DNA of 64,000 nucleotides from Bugula neritina. Lineage: Eukaryota > Animalia > Bryozoa. The stretch is taken from contig CAXIUT010000183.1 in the NCBI GenBank assembly GCA_964035545.1, forward strand, positions 992,001 through 1,056,000, given 5' to 3'. Numbering within the stretch: position 1 is the stretch's first letter; each line of letters starts with the position of its first letter. The notes under the pieces were generated by a model. It searched no databases. It was not told the origin of the DNA and worked only from the letters and a program-made list of their open reading frames with translations. Made by a program: the position numbers and the translations under genes. Below, piece by piece: positions 1 through 14,100 of this stretch.

Positions 1-959
1 ACACACTACAACATATTGAAATACACTGCAACACATTGAAATATACTGCAACATGCCTAAATATACGGTAATATAATGAAATATACTGTAACACACCGAA
101 ATATACTGCAACATACTGAAATATACTGTAACACATTGAAAAAACTGCAACATACTGAAATACACTGCTACATACTGAAATATACTGCAACATACTGCAA
201 CATACTGAAATACACTGTAACATAATGAAATAAACTGCAACATACTACATCATATTGAAATACACTGCAACACATTGAAATATACTGCAACATACCTAAA
301 TATACGGTAATATACTGGAATATACTGTAACACATTGAAAAAACTGCAACATACTGAAATACACTGCAACACACTGAAATACACCGCAAAATACTACAAC
401 ATACTGAAATACACTGTAACATATTGAAATCCAGTGCAACACATTGAAATATACTGCAACATACCGAAATATATGGTAAACTAATGAAATATACTGTAAC
501 ACATTGAAAAATACCGCAACATACTGAAATATACTGCGACACATTGCAATATACTGTAACATACTGAAATATGCTGTAGCACACTGAAATACACTGCAAC
601 ATCCTACAACAAACTGAAATACACTGAAACATATTGAAATACACTGCAAGAAATTGAAATACACTGCAACACAACAAAATATGGTAAACTACTGAAATAG
701 ACTTTACCACATTGAAAAATACTGCAACATACAGAAATATACTGTAACACACTGAAATATACTGCAACATACTGAAATACACTATAACATACTGAAATAT
801 ACTGCAACATACTGAAATACCCTGCTACATACTGAAATATACTGCAACATACTGCAACCTGCTGCAACATACTGAAATACGCTGTAACATACTGAAATAC
901 ACTGCAACATACTACAACATATTGAAATACACTGCAACACATTGAAATGTACTGCAACA

Positions 960-976
960 TACCGAAATATACGGTA
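960..976. repeat. Representative landmark motif TACCG-AAATATA-CGGTA, which marks the intermediate modules; variants recur throughout the window
   Basis: GGTAA-containing monomers at about 66, 305, 475, 683, 973, 1193, 1403, 1693, 1943, 2023, 2283, 2672, 2922, 3062, 3212, 3382, 3632 and onward. They are nearly always preceded by ...ATTGAAATAT ACTGCAACAT ACC(G/T)AAATAT or a close variant, and usually followed by ACTGAAATAT ACTGTAACAC ATTGAAAAAT. Confidence 0.9.
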
Positions 977-3900
977 ATATACTGAAATATACTGTAACAC
1001 ATTGAAAAATACTGCAACATACTAAAATACACTGCAACACACTGAAACACACCGCAAAAAACTACAACATACTGAAATACACTGTAACATATTAAAACAT
1101 ACTGCAACATACTGCAACATACTGAAATACACTGTAACATATTGAAATACACTGCGACACATTGAAATATACTGCAACATACCGAAATATATGGTAAACT
1201 AATGAAATATACTGTAACACATTGAAAAATACCGCAACATACTGAAATATACTGCGACACATTGCAATATACTGTAACATACTGAAATATGCTGTAGCAC
1301 ACTGAAATACACTGCAACATCCTACAACATACTGGACTACACTGTAACATATTGAAATACACTGCAAAACATTGAAAGTTACTGCAACATAACAAAATAT
1401 ATGGTAAACTACTGAAATAGACTTTAACACATTGAAAAATACTGCAACATACTGAAATATACTGTAACACACTGAAGTATACTGCAACATACTGAAATAC
1501 ACTGTAACATACTGAAATATACTGCAACATACTGAAATACACTGCTACATACTGAAATATACTGCAACGTACTGCAACATACTCCAGCATACTGAAATAC
1601 ACTGTAACATACTGAAATACACTGCAACATACTACCACATATTGAAATACACTGCAACACATTGAAATGTACTGCAACATACCGAAATATATGGTAAACT
1701 ACTAAAATATACTGTAACATATTGAAAAATACTGCAACATACTGAAATATACTGCGACACCTAGCAATATACTGTAACATACTGAAATATGCTCTAGCAC
1801 ACTGAAATACAATGCAACTTACTGAAATATACTGCAACATACTTAAATACACTGCAACATCCTACAATATGCTGAAATACACTGTAACATATTGAAATAC
1901 ACTGCAACACTTTGAAATATACTGCAACATATCGAAATATATGGTAAACTACTGCAACATACTACAACATATTGAAATACACTGCAACACATTGAAGTAT
2001 ACTGCAACATACCTAAATATACGGTAATATACTGAAATATACTGTAACACATTGAAAAATACTGCAACATACTGAAATATACTGTAACACACCGAAATAT
2101 ACTGCAACATACTGAAATACACTGTAACATACTGAAATATACTGTAACATACTGAAATACACTGCTACATACTGAAATATGCTGCAACATACTGCAACAT
2201 ACTGAAATAAACTGCAACATACTACAACATATTGAAATACACTGCAACACATTGAAATATACTGCAACATACCTAAATATACGGTAATATACTGAAATTC
2301 ACTGTAACGCATTGCAAAATACTGCAACATACTGAAATTCACTGCGACACACTGAAATACGCTGCAAAATACTACAACATATTGAAATAAACTGTAACAT
2401 ATTGAAATACACTGCAACACATTGAAAAATACTGCAACATACTGAAATTTACTGTAACACACTGAAATATACTGCAACATACTGAAATACACTGTAACAT
2501 ACTGAAATATACCGCAACATACTGAAATACACTGCTACATACTGAAATATACTGCAACATACTGCGACATACTGCAATACACTGTAACATACTGAAATAC
2601 ACTGCAACATACTACAACATATTGAAATACACTGCAACACATTGAAATACACTGCAACTTACCGAATATATGGTAAACTACTGAAATATACTGTAACGCA
2701 TTGAAAAATACTGCAACATACTGAAATATATTGCGACACATTGCAATATACTGTAACATACTGAAAAATGCTGTAGCACACTGAAATATACTGCAATTCA
2801 CTGAAATATACTGCAACATACTGAAATACACCGCAACATCCTACAACATACTGAAATACTTTGTAACATATTGAAATACACTGCAACACATTGAAATATA
2901 CTGCAACATAACGAAATATATGGTAAACTAATGAAATATATTTTAACACATTGAAAAATACTGCAACATACTGAAATATATTTTAACACATTGAAAAATA
3001 CTGCAACATACTGAAATACACTGCAACACATTGAAATATACTGCAACATACCGAAATATATGGTAAACTACTGAAATATACTGTAACACATTGAAAAATA
3101 CTGCAACATACTGAAATACACTGTAACATACTGAAATAAACTGCAACATACTACAACATATTGAAATACACTGCAACAAATTGAAATATACTGCAACATA
3201 CCTAAATATACGGTAATATACTGAAATTCACTGTAACGCATTGCAAAATACTACAACATACTGAAATTCACTGCGACACACTGAAATACGCTGCAAAATA
3301 CTACAACATACTGAAATGAACTGTAACATATTGAAATACACTGCAACACATTGAAATACACTGCAACATAACAAAATATATGGTAAACTACTGAAATAGA
3401 CTTTAACACATTGAAAAATACTGCAACATACTGAAATACACTGTAACATACTGAAATATACTGCAACATACTGAAATACACTGCTACATACTGAAATATA
3501 CTGCAACGTACTGCAACATACTCCAGCATACTGAAATACACTGTAACATACTGAAATACACTGCAACATACTACCACATATTGAAATACACTGCAACACA
3601 TTGAAATGTACTGCAACATACCGAAATATATGGTAAACTACTAAAATATACTGTAACATATTGAAAAATACTGCAACATACTGAAATATACTGCGACACC
3701 TAGCAATATACTGTAACATACTGAAATATGCTCTAGCACACTGAAATACAATGCAACACATTGAAATATACTGCAACATACCTAAATATACGGTAATATA
3801 CTGAAATTCACTGTAACGCATTGCAAAATACTGCAACATACTGAAATACACTGCAACATACTACCACATATTGAAATACACTGCAACATATTGAAATACA

Positions 3901-5189
3901 CTGCAACACATTGAAAAATACTGCAACATACTGAAATATACTGTAACACACTGAAATATACTGCAACATACTGAAATACACTGTAACATAATGAAATATA
4001 CTGCAACATACTGAAATACACTGCTACATACTGAAATATACTGCAACATACTGCAACATACTGCAATACACTGTAACATACTGAAATACACTGCAATATA
4101 CTACAACATATTGAAATACACTGCAACACATTGAAATACACTGCAACTTACCGAATATATGGTAAACTACTGAAATATACTGTAACGCATTGAAAAATAC
4201 TGCAACATACTGAAATATATTGCGACACATTGCAATATACTGTAACATACTGAAAAATGCTGTAGCACACTGAAATATACTGCAATTCACTGAAATATAC
4301 TGCAACATACTGACATACACCGCAACATCCTACAACATACTGAAATACTTTGTAACATATTGAAATACACTGCAACACATTGAAATATACTGCAACATAA
4401 CGAAATATATGGTAACCTACTGAAATATATTTTAACACATTGAAAAATACTGCAACATACTGAAATATATTTTAACACATTGAAAAATACTGCAACATAC
4501 TGAAATATACTGTAACACACCGAAATATACTGCAACATACTGAAATACACTGTAACATACTGAAATATACTGCAACACACTGAAATACACTGCTACATAC
4601 TGCAACATACTGCAACATACTGCAACATACTGAAATACACTGTAACATACTGAAATAAACTGCAACATACTACAACATATTGAAATACACTGCAACACAT
4701 TGAAATATACTGCTACATACCTAAATATACGGTAATATACTGAAATATACTGTAACACATTGAAAAAACTGCAACATACTGAAATACACTGCAACGCACT
4801 GAAATACACCGCAAAATACTACAACATGCTGAAATACACTGTAACATATTGAAATCCACTGCAACACATTGAAATATACTGCAACATACCGAAATATATA
4901 GTAAACTAATGAAATATACTGTAACACACTGAAAAATACCGCAACATACTGAAATATACTGCGACACATTGCAATATACTGTAACATATTGAAATATGCT
5001 GTAGGACACTGAAATACACTGCAACATCCTACAACATACTGAAATACACTGTAACATATTGAAATACACTGCAAGAAATTGAAATAGACTGCAACATAAC
5101 AAAATATATGGTAATCTACTGAAATAGACTTTAACACATTGAAAAATACTGCAACATACAGAAATATACTGTAACACACTGAAATATAC

Positions 5190-8100
5190 TGCAACGTACT
5201 GCAACATACTGCAGCATACTGAAATACACTGTAACATACTGAAATACACTGCAACATACTACCACATATTGAAATACACTGCAACACATTGAAATGTACT
5301 GCAACATACCGAAATATATGGTAAACTACTAAAATATACTGTAACACATTGAAAAATACTGCAACATACTGAAATATACTGCGACACCTAGCAATATACT
5401 GTAACATACTGAAATATGCTCTAGCACACTGAAATACAATGCAACTTACTGAAATATACTGCAACATACTGAAATACACTGCAACATCCTACAATATGCT
5501 GAAATACACAGTAACATATTGAAATACACTGCAACACTTTGAAATATACTGCAACATACCGAAATATATGGTAAACTACTGCAACATACTACAACATACT
5601 GAAATACACTGCAACACATTGAAATATACTGCGACATACCTAAATATACGGTAATATACTGAAATATACTGTAACACATTGAAAAATACTGCAACATACT
5701 GAAATATACTGTAACACACCGAAATATACTGCAACATACTGAAATACACTGTAACATACTGAAATACACTGCTACATACTGAAATATACTGCAACATACT
5801 GCAACATACTGAAATACACAGTAACATACTGAAATAAACTGCAACATACTACAACATATTGAAATACACTGCAACACATTGAAATATACTGCAACATACC
5901 TAAATATACGGTAATATACTGAAATTCACTGTAACGCATTGCAAAATACTGCAACATACTGAAATTCACTGCGACACACTGAAATACGCTGCAAAATACT
6001 ACAACATACTGAAATAAACTGTAACATGTTGAAATACACTGCAACACATTGAAAAATACTGCAACATACTGAAATATACTGTAACACACTGAAATATACT
6101 GCAACATACTGAAATACACTGTAACATACTGAAATATACTGCAACATACTGAAATACACTGCTACATACTGACATATACTGCAACATACTGCAACATACT
6201 GCAATACACTGTAAAATACTGAAATACACTGCAACATACTACTACAACATATTGAAATACACTGCAACACATTGAAATACACTGCAACATACTGCAACAT
6301 ACTGCAATACACTGTAACATACTGAAATACACTGCAACATACTACAACATATTGAAATACACTGCAACACATTGAAATACACTGCAACTTACCGAATATA
6401 TGGTAAACTACTGAAATATACTGTAACGCATTGAAAAATACTGCAACATACTGAAATATATTGCGACACATTGCAATATACTGTAACATACTGAAAAATG
6501 CTGTAACACACTGAAATATACTGCAATTCACTGAAATATACTGCAACATACTGAAATACACCGCAACATCCTACAACATACTGAAATACTTTGTAACATA
6601 TTGAAATACACTGCAACACATTGAAATAGACTGCAACATAACGAAATATATGGTAAACTAATGAAATATATTTTAACACATTGAAAAATACTGCAACATA
6701 CTGAAATACACTGTAACATACTGAAATAAACTGCAACATACTACAACATATTGAGATACACTGCAACAAATTGAAATATACTGCAACATACCTAAATATA
6801 CGGTAATATACTGAAATTCACTGTAACGCATTGCAAAATACTACAACATACTGAAATTCACTGCGACACACTGAAATACGCTGCAAAATACTACAACATA
6901 CTGAAATAAACTGTAACATATTGAAATACACTGCAACACATTGAAATATACTGCAACATAACAAAATATATGGTAAACTACTGAAATAGACTTTAACACA
7001 TTGAAAAATACTGCAACATACTGAAATACACTGTAACATACTGAAATACACTGCAACATACTGAAATACACTGCTACATACTGAAATATACTGCAACGTA
7101 CTGCAACATACTCCAGCATACTGAAATACACTGTAACATAGTAAAATACACTGCAACATACTACCACATATTGAAATACACTGCAACACATTGAAATGTA
7201 CTGCAACATACCGAAATATATGGTAAACTACTAAAATATACTGTAACATATTGAAAAATACTGCAACATACTGAAATATACTGCGACACCTAGCAATATA
7301 CTGTAACATACTGAAATATGCTCTAGCACACTGAAATACAATGCAACACATTGAAATATACTGCAACATACCTAAATATACGGTAATATACTGAAATTCA
7401 CTGTAACGCATTGCAAAATACTGCAACATACTGAAATACACTGCAACATACTACCACATATTGAAATACACTGCAACATATTGAAATACACTGCAACACA
7501 TTGAAAAATACTGCAACATACTGAAATATACTGTAACACACTGAAATATACTGCAACATACTGAAATACACTGTAACATACTGAAATATACTGCAACATA
7601 CTGAAATACACTGCTACATACTGAAATATACTGCAACATACTGCAACATACTGCAATACACTGTAACATACTGAAATACACTGCAATATACTACAACATA
7701 TTGAAATACACTGCAACACATTGAAATACACTGCAACTTACCGAATATATGGTAAACTACTGAAATATACTGTAACGCATTGAAAAATACTGCAACATAC
7801 TGAAATATATTGCGACACATTGCAATATACTGTAACATACTGAAAAATGCTGTAGCACACTGAAATATACTGCAATTCACTGAAATATACTGCAACATAC
7901 TGACATACACCGCAACATCCTACAACATACTGAAATACTTTGTAACATATTGAAATACACTGCAACACATTGAAATATACTGCAACATAACGAACTATAT
8001 GGTAACCTACTGAAATATATTTTAACACATTGAAAAATACTGCAACATACTGAAATATATTTTAACACATTGAAAAATACTGCAACATACTGAAATATAC

Positions 8101-11100
8101 TGTAACACACCGAAATATACTGCAACATACTGAAATACACTGTAACATACTGAAATATACTGCAACATACTGAAATACACTGCTACATACTGCAACATAC
8201 TGCAACATACTGCAACATACTGAAATACACTGTAACATACTGAAATAAACTGCAACATACTACAACATATTGAAATACACTGCAACACATTGAAATATAC
8301 TGCTACATACCTAAATATACGGTAATATACTGAAATATACTGTAACACATTGAAAAAACTGCAACATACTGAAATACACTGCAACGCACTGAAATACACC
8401 GCAAAATACTACAACATGCTGAAATACACTGTAACATATTGAAATCCACTGCAACACATTGAAATATACTGCAACATACCGAAATATATGGTAAACTACT
8501 GAAATAGACTTTAACACATTGAAAAATACTGCAACATACAGAAATATACTGTAACACACTGAAATATACTGCAACATACTGAAATATACTGCGACACATT
8601 GCAATATACTGTAACATATTGAAATATGCTGTAGCACACTGAAATACACTGCAACATCCTACAACATACTGAAATACACTGTAACATATTGAAATACACT
8701 GCAAGAAATTGAAATAGACTGCAACATAACAAAATATATGGTAAACTACTGAAATAGACTTTAACACATTGAAAAATACTGCAACATACAGAAATATACT
8801 GTAACACACTGAAATATACTGCAACATACTGAAATACACTGTAACATTCTGAAATATACTGCAACATACTGAAATACACTGCTACATACTGAAATATACT
8901 GCAACATACTGCAAAATACTGCAACATACTGAAATACACTGTAACATATTGAAGTACACTGCAACACATTGAAATATACTGCAACATGCCAAAATATATG
9001 GTAAACAACTGAAATATACTTTAACACATTGAAAAATACTGCAACATACTGAAATATACTGCGGCACTTTGCAATATACTGTAACATACCGAAATATGCT
9101 CTAGCACACTGAAATACACTGCAACTCACTGAAATATACTGCAACATACTGAAATACACTGTGACATCCTGAAATATACTGCAACATTCTGAAATACACT
9201 GCTACATACTGAAATATACTGCATCATACTGCAACATACTGAAATACACTGCAACATACTACAACATACTGAAATACGCTGCAACACATTGAAATATACT
9301 GCAACATACCTAAATATATGGTAATATACCGAAATATACTGTAACGCATTGCAAAATACTGCAACATACTGAAATACACTGCGACACACTGAAATACGCT
9401 GCAAAATACTACAACATACTGAAATAAACTGTAACACATTGAAATACACTGCAATACATTGAAAAATAATGCAATATACTGATATATACTGTAACACACT
9501 GAAATATACTGCAACATACTGAAATACACTGTAACATACTGAAATATACTGTAACATACTGCAACATACTAAAATACACTGTAACATACTGAGATACACT
9601 GCCGCATACTGCAACATATTGAACTACACTGCAACGCATTGAAATATATTGCAACTTATCGAATATATGGAAAACTACTGAAGTATACTGTAACGCATTG
9701 AAAAAGACTGCAACATACTGAAATATATTGCGACACATTGCAATATACTGTAATATACTGAAAAATGCTGTATCACACTGAAATATACTGCAATTCGCTG
9801 TAATATACTGCAACATACTGAAATACACCGCAACATCCTACAACACACTAAAATACACTGTAACATTTCGAAATACACTGCAACACATTGAATTATACTG
9901 CAACATAACGAAATATATGGTAAACTACTGAAATATATTTTAACAAATTGAAAAATACTGCAACATACTGAAATATACTGTAACACACTGAAGTATACTG
10001 CAACATACTGAAATACACTGTAACATACTGAAATATACTGCAACATACTGAAATACACTGCTACATACTGAAATATACTGCAACGTACTGCAACATACTG
10101 CAGCATACTGAAATACACTGTAACATACTGAAATACACTGCAACATACTACCACATATTGAAATACACTGCAACACATTGAAATGTACTGCAACATACCG
10201 AAATATATGGTAAACTACTAAAATATACTGTAACACATTGAAAAATACTGCAACATACTGAAATATACTGCGACACCTAGCAATATACTGTAACATACTG
10301 AAATATGCTCTAGCACACTGAAATACAATGCAACTTACTGAAATATACTGCAACATACTGAAATACACTGCAACATCCTACAATATGCTGAAATACACAG
10401 TAACATATTGAAATACACTGCAACACTTTGAAATATACTGCAACATACCGAAATATATGGTAAACTACTGCAACATACTACAACATACTGAAATACACTG
10501 CAACACATTGAAATATACTGTGACATACCTAAATATACGGTAATATACTGAAATATACTGTAACACATTGAAAAATACTGCAACATACTGAAATATACTG
10601 TAACACACCGAAATATACTGCAACATACTGAAATACACTGTAACATACTGAAATACACTGCTACATACTGAATTATACTGCAACATACTGCAACATACTG
10701 AAATACACAGTAACATACTGAAATAAACTGCAACATACTACAACATATTGAAATACACTGCAACACATTGAAATATACTGCAACATACCTAAATATACGG
10801 TAATATACTGAAATTCACTGTAACGCATTGCAAAATACTGCAACATACTGAAATTCACTGCGACACACTGAAATACGCTGCAAAATACTACAACATACTG
10901 AAATAAACTGTAACATGTTGAAATACACTGCAACACATTGAAAAATACTGCAACATACTGAAATATACTGTAACACACTGAAATATACTGCAACATACTG
11001 AAATACACTGTAACATACTGAAATATACTGCAACATACTGAAATACACTGCTACATACTGAAATATACTGCAACATACTGCAACATACTGCAATACACTG

Positions 11101-14100
11101 TAAAATACTGAAATACACTGCAACATACTACAACATATTGAAATACACTGCAACACATTGAAATACACTGCAACTTATCGAATATATGGAAAACTACTGA
11201 AATATACTGTAACGCATTGAAAAAGACTGCAACATACTGAAATATATTGCGACACATTGCAATATACTGTAATATACTGAAAAATGCTGTATCACACTGA
11301 AATATACTGCAATTCGCTGAAATATACTGCAACATACTGAAATACACCGCAACATCCTACAACATACTAAAATACACTGTAACATTTCGAAATACACTGC
11401 AACACATTGAATTATACTGCAACATAACGAAATATATGGTAAACTACTGAAATATATTTTAACAAATTGAAAAATACTGTAACATACTGAAATATACTGC
11501 AACATACTGAAATACACTGCTACATACTGACATATACTGCAACATACTGCAACATACTGCAATACACTGTAAAATACTGAAATACACTGCAACATACTAC
11601 TACAACATATTGAAATACACTGCAACACATTGAAATACACTGCAACATACTGCAACATACTGCAATACACTGTAACATACTGAAATACACTGCAACATAC
11701 TACAACATATTGAAATACACTGCAACACATTGAAATACACTGCAACTTACCGAATATATGGTAAACTACTGAAATATACTGTAACGCATTGAAAAATACT
11801 GCAACATACTGAAATATATTGCGACACATTGCAATATACTGTAACATACTGAAAAATGCTGTAACACGCTGAAATATACTGCAATTCACTGAAATATACT
11901 GCAACATACTGAAATACACCGCAACATCCTACAACATACTGAAATACTTTGTAACATATTGAAATACACTGCAACACATTGAAATAGACTGCAACATAAC
12001 GAAATATATGGTAAACTAATGAAATATATTTTAACACATTGAAAAATACTGCAACATACTGAAATACACTGTAACATACTGAAATAAACTGCAACATACT
12101 ACAACATATTGAGATACACTGCAACAAATTGAAATATACTGCAACATACCTAAATATACGGTAATATACTGAAATTCACTGTAACGCATTGCAAAATACT
12201 ACAACATACTGAAATTCACTGCGACACACTGAAATACGCTGCAAAATACTACAACATACTGAAATAAACTGTAACATATTGAAATACACTGCAACACATT
12301 GAAATATACTGCAACATAACAAAATATATGGTAAACTACTGAAATAGACTTTAACACATTGAAAAATACTGCAACATACTGAAATACACTGTAACATACT
12401 GAAATACACTGCAACATACTGAAATACACTGCTACATACTGAAATATACTGCAACGTACTGCAACATACTCCAGCATACTGAAATACACTGTAACATAGT
12501 AAAATACACTGCAACATACTACCACATATTGAAATACACTGCAACACATTGAAATGTACTGCAACATACCGAAATATATGGTAAACTACTAAAATATACT
12601 GTAACATATTGAAAAATACTGCAACATACTGAAATATACTGCGACACCTAGCAATATACTGTAACATACTGAAATATGCTCTAGCACACTGAAATACAAT
12701 GCAACACATTGAAATATACTGCAACATACCTAAATATACGGTAATATACTGAAATTCACTGTAACGCATTGCAAAATACTGCAACATACTGAAATACACT
12801 GCAACATACTACCACATATTGAAATACACTGCAACATATTGAAATACACTGCAACACATTGAAAAATACTGCAACATACTGAAATATACTGTAACACACT
12901 GAAATATACTGCAACATACTGAAATACACTGTAACATACTGAAATATACTGCAACATACTGAAATACACTGCTACATACTGAAATATACTGCAACATACT
13001 GCAACATACTGCAATACACTGTAACATACTGAAATACACTGCAATATACTACAACATATTGAAATACACTGCAACACATTGAAATACACTGCAACTTACC
13101 GAATATATGGTAAACTACTGAAATATACTGTAACGCATTGAAAAATACTGCAACATACTGAAATATATTGCGACACATTGCAATATACTGTAACATACTG
13201 AAAAATGCTGTAGCACACTGAAATATACTGCAATTCACTGAAATATACTGCAACATACTGACATACACCGCAACATCCTACAACATACTGAAATACTTTG
13301 TAACATATTGAAATACACTGCAACACATTGAAATATACTGCAACATAACGAACTATATGGTAACCTACTGAAATATATTTTAACACATTGAAAAATACTG
13401 CAACATACTGAAATATATTTTAACACATTGAAAAATACTGCAACATACTGAAATATACTGTAACACACCGAAATATACTGCAACATACTGAAATACACTG
13501 TAACATACTGAAATATACTGCAACATACTGAAATACACTGCTACATACTGCAACATACTGCAACATACTGCAACATACTGAAATACACTGTAACATACTG
13601 AAATAAACTGCAACATACTACAACATATTGAAATACACTGCAACACATTGAAATATACTGCTACATACCTAAATATACGGTAATATACTGAAATATACTG
13701 TAACACATTGAAAAAACTGCAACATACTGAAATACACTGCAACGCACTGAAATACACCGCAAAATACTACAACATGCTGAAATACACTGTAACATATTGA
13801 AATCCACTGCAACACATTGAAATATACTGCAACATACCGAAATATATGGTAAACTACTGAAATAGACTTTAACACATTGAAAAATACTGCAACATACAGA
13901 AATATACTGTAACACACTGAAATATACTGCAACATACTGAAATATACTGCGACACATTGCAATATACTGTAACATATTGAAATATGCTGTAGCACACTGA
14001 AATACACTGCAACATCCTACAACATACTGAAATACACTGTAACATATTGAAATACACTGCAAGAAATTGAAATAGACTGCAACATAACAAAATATATGGT

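Noticed and set aside
9001-9008. Transcription-factor-like motifs (forkhead-type GTAAACAA; IRF-like ACTGAAA in the monomer)
   Set aside because: These are short matches expected by chance in an A-rich repeat, with no independent support for regulatory function.
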